DNA of 64,000 bases from an uncultured Gemmatimonadaceae bacterium. GTDB lineage: Bacteria > Gemmatimonadota > Gemmatimonadetes > Gemmatimonadales > Gemmatimonadaceae. The stretch covers positions 128,001-192,000 of the forward strand of contig CAWFQK010000005.1 in assembly GCA_963817955.1 (NCBI GenBank). The letters run 5' to 3'. The notes beneath the pieces were generated by a model. It saw only the letters and a list, made by a program, of their open reading frames with translations, was not told the DNA's origin and did not search any database. Made by a program: the position numbers and the translations under genes. Position 1 is the first letter of the stretch. The number at the start of each line of letters is the position of its first letter. Of this stretch, positions 30,185-38,040 are shown piece by piece.

Positions 30185-31837
30185 TCACTCCAGCTGCCCG
30201 CCTCGCTCGCGGTACCATGCCGCCGTCTCCCGTGCATCACATACGACAGCGTCCGGGAATCCCCCCAGGGCAAGGATCGCGATCGCGTTCGTGCTGACGG
30301 ACGTACCCTCGTGGAGAAGATATTCAAAGGAGAGTTGGCCATTCCGCACCTCCTCCCGGAAGTGGAATGGCAGGTACTGCGGCAGCAGCTTCACAAGATC
30401 CATGTCATGAGTGGCGACGATGACCAGATCTCCCTCGCGGTCGAGGTGGGCGAGCACCGCCTTCGCCGCGGCAACACGCTCGATGGAATTCGTCCCCCGA
30501 AACAGCTCGTCGATCAGGATCAAGCGTGAGTCAGCGCCCGTCGAGGTGAGGAGCGACGCGACCGCATTGACCTCCGCGCGGTAATAGCTCGTCCCTTCGA
30601 TCAGGCTGTCCACGCGGCCAATCAACGTCAGCACTGCGAGGACCGGTGCCTCCCAGCTGTCCGCGAAGACGGTGTGGAGAGACTGGGCGAGAATGGCGTT
30701 GACGCCAACGCTACGGAGAAACGTGGACTTGCCCGACATGTTGGAGCCGGTGACGAGCATGCTGCGCCCCTCGATGTCCAACGTGCTGCCGACCGGATTG
30801 GAGAGCAGGGGATGAGAAAGCCCTGAGAATGCGAGCCGCCGTGCACCGTTGGGGCAGAACGTCGGCCTGCACCAGCGCGCCTCCTCCAGGCGTAGCGTCG
30901 CCACGGATTGTAGCACGTCGAGCTCACCGATCGCTTCGTACGCTTCCCGAATCGTATGCTGCCCTGCGCGAATGGACGTGGCGCTCAATGCGTACGAGGA
31001 GACGTCGATCAGAAACAGTAGGTTCAGATACTCGTATAACATTCCGCCTAGCGTGTGTCTGTCCGGCTCGAACGCGAGCCAGGTGGCACCGCGTCCAATC
31101 CACTGCAGCCGCGGGACTGCACGCCGAAGCGTCTCGGTGCGAGAATTGAGCTCGGGCGCGCCCAGCGAGCCAAGGGCTCGGCACGCCTTCAGCAGCGTCG
31201 GAAGCATCCGCATCGCCGGCAGTGCAAATTCGATCGGCGGACGCACGGCCGCCCGGACGTAGGCGTTGACGAGCATCATGGCGACCACAGCCAGGATCGC
31301 CTGTGGGAACCAGAACATGGCGGCGAAACTGCCAAGCCCGAACACACTGAGAAGTGGATAGACCGCTGGCCAGCGCAGGGGAATGGCGTCCATTCCCTGA
31401 AACAGCCGGCGCAGCGCACTGGCGCCTTCATCGGCCAGTGGCGACAGCCTCGATCGTATCGACCGCCTCAGCTCGTGCTCGCCAATCAGCCGATTAACGC
31501 AGATCTCGAAGTGCTCCAGAGACGCGATCGTGTGGTCGGATCGCCTGAGTCGGGCGTACAGCAGATGCTGGCCCGGCCAGCTCGCCGTGCGATCGAGGCG
31601 TTGATAGACCGCATCCATGTCGAGATCGATCCACGCACTCTCGGGATGCGCGGCGGGTGGCGGACTGATCGAGGTGAAGTAAAGCGCGACGTCCGCCATG
31701 TCATGCACGCGGTCGACGTCATGCTCTTTTCGTCGGCGGAGCGCCAGCGTCATCCCGATGGCCCGGATTCCGAAGGACACGACGATGAACAGAAACAGGG
31801 CGCCGACGAGAAGGGGCGCGGAGCCGAGGTGCGTCAT
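30185..31837 (-). CDS. Membrane-anchored MutS-related ATPase (domain V only)
   Basis: TGSNMSGKSTFLR, SYYRAEV, LIDELFRGTN, VATHD; N-terminal and central TM segments. Confidence 0.88.
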   Translation of the reverse strand: MTHLGSAPLLVGALFLFIVVSFGIRAIGMTLALRRRKEHDVDRVHDMADVALYFTSISPPPAAHPESAWIDLDMDAVYQRLDRTASWPGQHLLYARLRRSDHTIASLEHFEICVNRLIGEHELRRSIRSRLSPLADEGASALRRLFQGMDAIPLRWPAVYPLLSVFGLGSFAAMFWFPQAILAVVAMMLVNAYVRAAVRPPIEFALPAMRMLPTLLKACRALGSLGAPELNSRTETLRRAVPRLQWIGRGATWLAFEPDRHTLGGMLYEYLNLLFLIDVSSYALSATSIRAGQHTIREAYEAIGELDVLQSVATLRLEEARWCRPTFCPNGARRLAFSGLSHPLLSNPVGSTLDIEGRSMLVTGSNMSGKSTFLRSVGVNAILAQSLHTVFADSWEAPVLAVLTLIGRVDSLIEGTSYYRAEVNAVASLLTSTGADSRLILIDELFRGTNSIERVAAAKAVLAHLDREGDLVIVATHDMDLVKLLPQYLPFHFREEVRNGQLSFEYLLHEGTSVSTNAIAILALGGFPDAVVCDARETAAWYRERGGQLE

Positions 31838-31889
31838 GCTTGCCAGAGCCGCGCGGCCGTACCCCTGCGCACCTCGACCGCCTTCCGCA

Positions 31890-33143
31890 CTACCGCTGTA
31901 CCCTCCGCACCCCGTCGATCAACCGCTCGACTTCATCCTCGCTCGTGTAACAACTGCACCCCACTCTGAGCAATCCATCCGGCACGAGCCCCAGCCGCTG
32001 GACGACAGTGCTGGCGTAGAAATCTCCGTTCGACACGAACACCCCGCGTTGGGCCAGCGCGACCGCGATGTCGTCGGTCTTGTAGCCGCGGAGGGTGAAT
32101 GACAGCGTGGGGGTGCGCGGCGCATCTGGCTTGGGGCCGTACAGCGTCAGGCCGTCTATTTCGCTCAGTCCTGCCCACAGCCGCGTGAATAGCGCCATGC
32201 TGCGGTCGTGCAGTGTCGTGTACGTGGTGCGCAACGCCGCTCGGCGCGTGGCGGTGGGCTGATTGGACAGCGAGGCGAGGAATTCCACCGCGGCTGCTGC
32301 GCCGACGATGCCTTCGTGATTCTGCGTGCCGGTCTCGAGTCGCTCCGGCGATTCCTGCGGCGCCGGCTCGAGTCGTGGCGCGTCGAGGGCTTCGATCAGA
32401 TCGCGCTTGCCCCACAATATTCCAATATGTGGACCATAAAACTTGTACGCCGAACACGCCAGGAAGTCGGCGCCGAGTGCCTGCACGTCGATGAGGGCGT
32501 GCGGCGCGTAGTGGACGGCGTCGACGAACACCCGCGCACCCACCGCGTGCGCCAGCGCAGCGGCACGCGCGACGTCGCTGATCGTGCCGAGTGCATTCGA
32601 AGCGGCACCGATCGCCAGCACCTTGGTGCGCGGCGTGATCGCCGCTTCCAGATCGGTCCAATCGTGCACGCCGTCCCGCGTCAGCATCTTCACCATGCGG
32701 ACGGTGACGCCGCGCTCCTGCTCGATTGCTCTCCACGGCGCAACGTTGCCGTGGTGATCGAGCTCGGTGATCACGATCTCGTCTCCCGGTCCGAGCTCGC
32801 GACCGATGGCGCGCGCCAGATGGAAGGTGAGCGTCGTCATGTTCTGCCCGAACGCAATCTCCTCCGGGCGGCCGTTCACGAAATCCGCGAGCGTGGCACG
32901 TGCGCTGGCGAGCAGCGCATCGGTCTCCTCGCTCGTGGGATACTTCCAATGGGTGTTGGCGTTGTGATGATAGAGATAGTCCGTCATCGCTTCGGCCACA
33001 CGTCGCGGCACCTGCGTGCCGCCCGGTCCGTCGAAGTACGCCACGGGATATCCAGCATACAGGCGCGTCAACGCCGGGAACTGATCGCGAATGTCCTGCA
33101 CCGTGGCCACGCCGGTGGCGGCCGGATCGATGGTCGTCGTCAT
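31890..33143 (-). CDS. Cysteine desulfurase-like class V aminotransferase
   Basis: YFDGPGGTQVP, LDHHGN, VDAVHYAPH, CSAYKFYGPH, ETGT; lacks the SufS RxGHHC motif (SNGDFYA instead). Confidence 0.9.
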   Translation of the reverse strand: MTTTIDPAATGVATVQDIRDQFPALTRLYAGYPVAYFDGPGGTQVPRRVAEAMTDYLYHHNANTHWKYPTSEETDALLASARATLADFVNGRPEEIAFGQNMTTLTFHLARAIGRELGPGDEIVITELDHHGNVAPWRAIEQERGVTVRMVKMLTRDGVHDWTDLEAAITPRTKVLAIGAASNALGTISDVARAAALAHAVGARVFVDAVHYAPHALIDVQALGADFLACSAYKFYGPHIGILWGKRDLIEALDAPRLEPAPQESPERLETGTQNHEGIVGAAAAVEFLASLSNQPTATRRAALRTTYTTLHDRSMALFTRLWAGLSEIDGLTLYGPKPDAPRTPTLSFTLRGYKTDDIAVALAQRGVFVSNGDFYASTVVQRLGLVPDGLLRVGCSCYTSEDEVERLIDGVRRVQR

Positions 33144-34027
33144 GCGATTTCCACTCCTGCCCATTGTTCAATCATCTTCACGGCTTCGACGTGGTCCGCC
33201 ACTTCACCGAGCTCGCCGCGTGCGATGCGGAACAGGTCGGCCGCGAGTTGCATCATGGGTGCGGGCACGCGATTCTCCCGCGCCACGTCGGCGGCAATAC
33301 CGATGTCCTTCTCCAGTAGCGCGAGCCTGAAGGTGCGCGGGAAGGCACGCGTGAGGACGCGTTCCGGAAAGAGATTCATCGACGTGTTCGATCGGCCGCT
33401 CGACGAGTTGATGACGTCGAGCGCCAACGCCGGGCTTACGCCGGCCTTGACGAGCGTCGCCATCCCCTCTGCCGTTGTGAGAATATGAACAGCAAGGAAA
33501 GCGTTGTTCACCGCCTTGACGGCGTCGCCCGCACCGATGTCGCCGCAGTGCACGATCTTCTGCGCGAAGGTCACGAGCACGGGTCGCACGCGATCGAGCA
33601 CCGCGGCATCCCCACCGACCATGACGGTGAGCGCGCCCTTCTCCGCCCCAACCACGCCACCGCTCACCGGCGCATCGATGTAGTCCACCCCGTGCGCGGC
33701 CAACGTCGCGTGAATCGCGCGGGAGGTGGCCGGGTCGCCCGACGTGCAGTCGACGAGCGTGCTGCCCGGTTTCATGGTGGCGAGCAGACCGTCGGGTCCG
33801 TCGAGTAAACTCTGCACGTCTCTGGAGACAGGCAGACAGGTGATGACGACATCGGCGTCGCGCGCCGCGTCGGCGGGAGTGACTGCCTGTTTGGCGCCGC
33901 TGTCACGGGCGAAGTCGGCGGCCCGGCTTGCGGTGCGGTTCCAGACGACGAGCGGAAGGCCGGCGGCGGCAATGCGCGTCGCCATTGGGCGCCCGATGGC
34001 GCCGAGTCCGAGGAAGGCGATATTCAT
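33140..34027 (-). CDS. 3-hydroxyisobutyrate-dehydrogenase-family NAD(P) oxidoreductase
   Basis: AFLGLGAIG, WNRT, DAPVSGG, KAVNN, LLEKD. Confidence 0.93.
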   Translation of the reverse strand: MNIAFLGLGAIGRPMATRIAAAGLPLVVWNRTASRAADFARDSGAKQAVTPADAARDADVVITCLPVSRDVQSLLDGPDGLLATMKPGSTLVDCTSGDPATSRAIHATLAAHGVDYIDAPVSGGVVGAEKGALTVMVGGDAAVLDRVRPVLVTFAQKIVHCGDIGAGDAVKAVNNAFLAVHILTTAEGMATLVKAGVSPALALDVINSSSGRSNTSMNLFPERVLTRAFPRTFRLALLEKDIGIAADVARENRVPAPMMQLAADLFRIARGELGEVADHVEAVKMIEQWAGVEIA

Positions 34028-34061
34028 GCGACACAAGCTACCGCGTCGCTAACTTTCGCGC
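34028..34061. promoter_or_regulatory. Compact bidirectional leaderless promoter
   Basis: Minus TAGCTT lies 7 nt before ATG 34027 and plus TAACTT lies 6 nt before ATG 34062; only 34 bp between the genes; no RBS. Confidence 0.65.
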
Positions 34062-34292
34062 ATGATTACTCGAGTCAAAATCCAGGGCATGAGCTGCCAG
34101 CACTGCGTCCGCGCCGTCTTCACCGCGCTGACGGCGGTGGCCGGCATCACGCGGGCCGACGTCACCGTCGGCGCGGCATCGGTGGAGCACGATGGGCAAG
34201 TCACGTTGGCGCAGCTGAAGGATGCCATCGAGGTGGCGGGCTTCAGCGTCGTCGAAGAGGACACGAACCGGCGAGAGCTGCCGATCGCGTAG
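34062..34292 (+). CDS. Heavy-metal-associated (CopZ-like) chaperone
   Basis: GMSCQHC motif, AIEVAGF; 76 aa. Confidence 0.9.
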   Translation: MITRVKIQGMSCQHCVRAVFTALTAVAGITRADVTVGAASVEHDGQVTLAQLKDAIEVAGFSVVEEDTNRRELPIA

Positions 34293-34303
34293 TAAGCGTT
34301 CGG

Positions 34304-34329
34304 AGCCTGGGCGGCGACTAGCCCAGGCT
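34304..34329. terminator. Hairpin between convergent genes
   Basis: AGCCTGGGC / GCCCAGGCT. Confidence 0.55.
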
Positions 34330-34339
34330 GGCAATCACG

Positions 34340-35020
34340 CTACTTCGGCGCCATCAGCTTGGCAAAGCAGATCCCGACTTTGAGCGGCGGCAGCGAGGCG
34401 TCCTCGCGCCGCAGATCGGCGTGGGCGGAATCCTCCATCGGCATCAGCTCGACCTTCCCGGCCGCGTTCACCCGGAACTGCGTGCCGTAGATCTGCTTCC
34501 GGTTCGACGCGAGTCGCATGTGATCCTCGAGCACCGCGACATCCGCGGCCGGCGACTCCGCGGGGCCCGCCTCCATCATGCGGTGTAGCGTCGCGCGACC
34601 GAGTGCGGTATCGCGCAGCGCGAGGAGATACACCGCGTGGACGCCGGCTGGCCCGACGACGCTTCGCGTCGGCCATGCTGAGCCGCGCTGCGCCGCGAGC
34701 GCGAGGAGCGCGGACGACACCGAATCGGCGCCCGGTCCGGCGTCGCCAGCGCGATGGTCGAACAGTATACCGAGCTGCGGCGGCACTCCGAGCTCGCCGG
34801 CCGCGGCGCGCAACAGCGACGCGCGCATGGCGTCGTCAGACCAATCGTGCTTCGACTCGGCGAACCATTCGTTCTGCTTTGCTGGCCAGGGCGCCGTGGC
34901 GGTGACGTGGCAGGCGGCCATGAGCTGCTTTGTCGTCTTGGACGGCGACTTGGTTTGCGCGCCGAGCGGAAGGGCCAGCACGAGCGCGGCAACGGCGGCC
35001 AACGAACGGTGTGCGCTCAT
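34340..35020 (-). CDS. Exported DUF6624-like protein
   Basis: Signal peptide; WPTRSVVG, A.LEDHMR...KQIYGTQF, DLRR...LPPL; ATGA overlap with the upstream gene. Confidence 0.75.
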   Translation of the reverse strand: MSAHRSLAAVAALVLALPLGAQTKSPSKTTKQLMAACHVTATAPWPAKQNEWFAESKHDWSDDAMRASLLRAAAGELGVPPQLGILFDHRAGDAGPGADSVSSALLALAAQRGSAWPTRSVVGPAGVHAVYLLALRDTALGRATLHRMMEAGPAESPAADVAVLEDHMRLASNRKQIYGTQFRVNAAGKVELMPMEDSAHADLRREDASLPPLKVGICFAKLMAPK

Positions 35021-35758
35021 TTGGCCGCCGGCGTCACGGTGAAGTCGTCGAACTCGATCATGCTGTCGGTCTTCGACCACACGCCGATCTTGCCGGATAC
35101 CGCCTCGGGCAGCGTGTATTCGAGCAGCAGCTTGCCGTCGAGATAGCTCTGCAGCGCGGTGCCGTGCACGCTGATCTTGATCGTGTGCCACGTGCCGAGC
35201 TCCAGCGGCACGAGCTCCGTTCCGCGCTTCACGAACTTTCGCACGCCGTTGTTGAACGTCCACAGCACGAGGTTGTCCTCGGTGCCGTTGTACCGCACGG
35301 TGAAGTAGTCGCCGTTCGGCTTCACGTTGAACAGGATGCCGGCGCAGCGGTCGAGCGTGCCGCCTACCATCTGAAAGCGCACGGTGATGTCGCCGCCGGT
35401 GAAGTTGTCGAGACCCTTGTACACGGCGATCGGATAGTACGCAAACGCCTTGATGCTCTCTATGAACTCCTCGTTGCGCGCGCCGTACAACTCGCGCGCC
35501 TTGTCGGCGAGCCCGCCCGCCGGCTGGCCGCGCTTCCACACGCGGCCATCGATGAACAACACGTTGCGGCGCGCTTCGCGCGAGATCACCCAGCTCCCCA
35601 CCATTGGCGCGAAGGTCTTTGGCTCACGGCCGGCAGTCTCGCCGGCAAAGCTCACGCGCGTCGTCGCGGCCGGCCGCGGCCTTCGCCTGCGCGCCGGCCG
35701 GAACCGCCGCCGCCAGGAGAGCAATGCTCACGATGTTCCTCACGACCGACATTCTCAT
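35017..35758 (-). pseudogene. Exported ConA-like/beta-sandwich protein with a one-base frameshift near 35660-35690
   Basis: The signal peptide (MRMSVVRNIVSIALLAAAVPAGAQ) is in one frame and the body (RVSFAGE...SGKIGVWSKTDSMIEFDDF) in another; total span 742 nt = 3n+1. Confidence 0.7.
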
Positions 35759-37131
35759 TCTCTCAACCTTGCGGATTGCACGCGCGTGATGCGCGGACGG
35801 TGGATGATCCACCACGCGCCGATGACGATCAACGGCCAAATGACGAAGAACACCCACGGCGCGGCGGCGGCGCGCGCCGTGAGCGGATACCCCGAATACG
35901 CCGGCTCGTTCACCGGCGTTGGCGCCTGGCGGCCGGCGAGATCGTAGATGGTCTCGAGCACGATTTCAGGCGTCGCCGAGCGGTTCATTGCGCGCTTGCC
36001 CCCAAGCTCGTACCAGATCTCGCCGTAATGGCTGCTCGGCTTCTCGAACAATCCGCTCCGGCTCGTCGATGCGTACGTCACGGTCACGCTGCGCATCGTA
36101 CGCCGCAGCTTCGCCAGCACGTCGCGATCGAGATCGACGAGCCGCGGATCCTCGGCGGCGAGATACACCGTGACGTTTAGCGGCTGCCGAATCTCGCGTA
36201 GCGCGGCCTCGTCGGCGCGCGCGAACGAGTTGCGCCGGTCCTCGCTCACGTCACGGCTGGCGCGAATGTGCCCGAACGCCACGCACGCGGCCGTCGCCGT
36301 GGCAACGACGACCAGCGCGTCGCGTACGCGGCGGCGCGTCGTCCGGCCCTCCTGCAGCCACACCGCGGCGAGCGCGAGGCCGGCGCCGCCGAGCGCGAGG
36401 AGCACGAGGACGGTGGCGACGCGAAGCTCGCCGTGCTCGAACACCCGAAGCGCCGCCGACGGCGTGTACGCGGCGACGGCTTCGATCACGCCGCCGCGCG
36501 CCGCGGCCACGTAGTCGAGCGCCCAGGTGCCGAGGGTGACGGTGAGCGCGATGATCGCGGCACTGGCCGCGCTCGCCGCGAGCGCGCCCGCCGCCGAGCC
36601 AACGCCGATCGTGAGGACGCCGCGCAGGAGATGGCCGAGCAGCACCGTCGCCGTCTCCGGCGCGTAGAGATGTCCACCCATGCCGCGCCAAACCCACAGC
36701 GCGATCGCGCCCACCACGCCGGCGGCCATCCAGCCGACGAGCAGCGCGATCGCTTTGGCGACGATCACGAGCGTGAACGACACCGGCTGTTGGAGCGTGA
36801 GCATGAGCGCACCCGTCTGCTTCTCGACAGCGACCAGCCGAATGACGACGAACGGAAAGAGCAGCGTCGCAGCCAAGTCGTACGCGCCGAACGTCGGTAC
36901 CACTATTCCCTCGAGCGGCCGGAGCCCTGCCGACAGCGCGGCCGGACCGCCGCCCGCGCCGCTCGCCTCCGCGTAGATCGCGGTGGATGTCATGAACGCG
37001 TGCCCCACGAGCGCGCCGATGACGAGCAGCAGCAGCCAGTACGATCGCGAGGCCGCGAGCTCGCGCAGCTCCTTGGCGAGCAGCCAGCGGAACGGCGAGC
37101 GCGCGGCGGCGCGCGTGTCAGGTGAGCGCAA
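35755..37131 (-). CDS. ABC-2-type permease fused to a Gld-like extracytoplasmic domain
   Basis: LLAKELREL, EKQTG, DVSEDRRNSF; TTG start after GAGGAGG. Confidence 0.82.
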   Translation of the reverse strand: MRSPDTRAAARSPFRWLLAKELRELAASRSYWLLLLVIGALVGHAFMTSTAIYAEASGAGGGPAALSAGLRPLEGIVVPTFGAYDLAATLLFPFVVIRLVAVEKQTGALMLTLQQPVSFTLVIVAKAIALLVGWMAAGVVGAIALWVWRGMGGHLYAPETATVLLGHLLRGVLTIGVGSAAGALAASAASAAIIALTVTLGTWALDYVAAARGGVIEAVAAYTPSAALRVFEHGELRVATVLVLLALGGAGLALAAVWLQEGRTTRRRVRDALVVVATATAACVAFGHIRASRDVSEDRRNSFARADEAALREIRQPLNVTVYLAAEDPRLVDLDRDVLAKLRRTMRSVTVTYASTSRSGLFEKPSSHYGEIWYELGGKRAMNRSATPEIVLETIYDLAGRQAPTPVNEPAYSGYPLTARAAAAPWVFFVIWPLIVIGAWWIIHRPRITRVQSARLRE

Positions 37132-37870
37132 GGAATACCTCCTCGAGCCCGCCACCAACGCCGGCCTTGGCGCGCAACTCATCGAGCGTTCCCTCACCGA
37201 CGATTCGGCCGCCGCTGAGCAGCACGAGCCGATCGCAGATGCGCGCGGCGTCGCCCAGTTGATGGATCGACAGAAACAGCGTGCGTCCGCTCGCGGCATG
37301 CGCGCGAAGCACCGCCATCACGTCACGTGTCTGCCGCAGGTCGAGGCCGTCGAACGGCTCGTCGAGCATGAGCAGCGGCTGCGGCGTCATCAATCCAATG
37401 GCAAGCAGCACGCGGCGATGCTCGCCCTTGGACAGATTGCCCATCTGAGCGCCGAGCAGCGGGTCGAGGTCCAGGGCGCGCACCACGTCGTTCTGGGTAG
37501 CCTGGTCTGCGCCGTGAACGCCGGCGATGAAGCGCAGCACCCACCACACCGGCTGCTGCGGCCAGGGCCGGATCCCGTCCGGCACGAAGTAGAGCGCGTG
37601 CTTGCGATCGGCGAGTGTGAGCGGAGAGCCGGCGGCAAGGACGTCCCCAGCCGTCGCGGGCGTCATGCCGGCGATGCAGCGGAACAGCGTGGTCTTGCCG
37701 GAGCCATTGGGGCCGATCAGGCCGAGAATCTCTCCGGGCCGCACGGACAGGCTGGCGTCGCGCAACGCCCAGTACGCGCCGTAACGCTTCGCCAATCGAT
37801 GGATTTGCAGCTCAGCGGGCCGGGCGGCCGAGAAGGGATTCGTCGCAAGCGCGGCGTCAGGAAGAGTCAT
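37118..37870 (-). CDS. ABC transporter ATP-binding protein
   Basis: GPNGSGKTT, LSKGE, LDEPFDGLD, SIHQL. Confidence 0.92.
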   Translation of the reverse strand: MTLPDAALATNPFSAARPAELQIHRLAKRYGAYWALRDASLSVRPGEILGLIGPNGSGKTTLFRCIAGMTPATAGDVLAAGSPLTLADRKHALYFVPDGIRPWPQQPVWWVLRFIAGVHGADQATQNDVVRALDLDPLLGAQMGNLSKGEHRRVLLAIGLMTPQPLLMLDEPFDGLDLRQTRDVMAVLRAHAASGRTLFLSIHQLGDAARICDRLVLLSGGRIVGEGTLDELRAKAGVGGGLEEVFLALT

Positions 37871-38040
37871 CGATACGTATTCTCGCCTCGTGATCGGCCC
37901 GCGGCAACCGTCGGTCGTTGCGATTCTTTCGCCTGGCATGCGGACGTCAACGCGGCGCTCGCGCCGGACGTAGACATGTAGCGGCGGCTGCCAACTCACG
38001 CCCAGTCAACCGCGCCCGAATCTCTCGCCTCAAGTCCACC

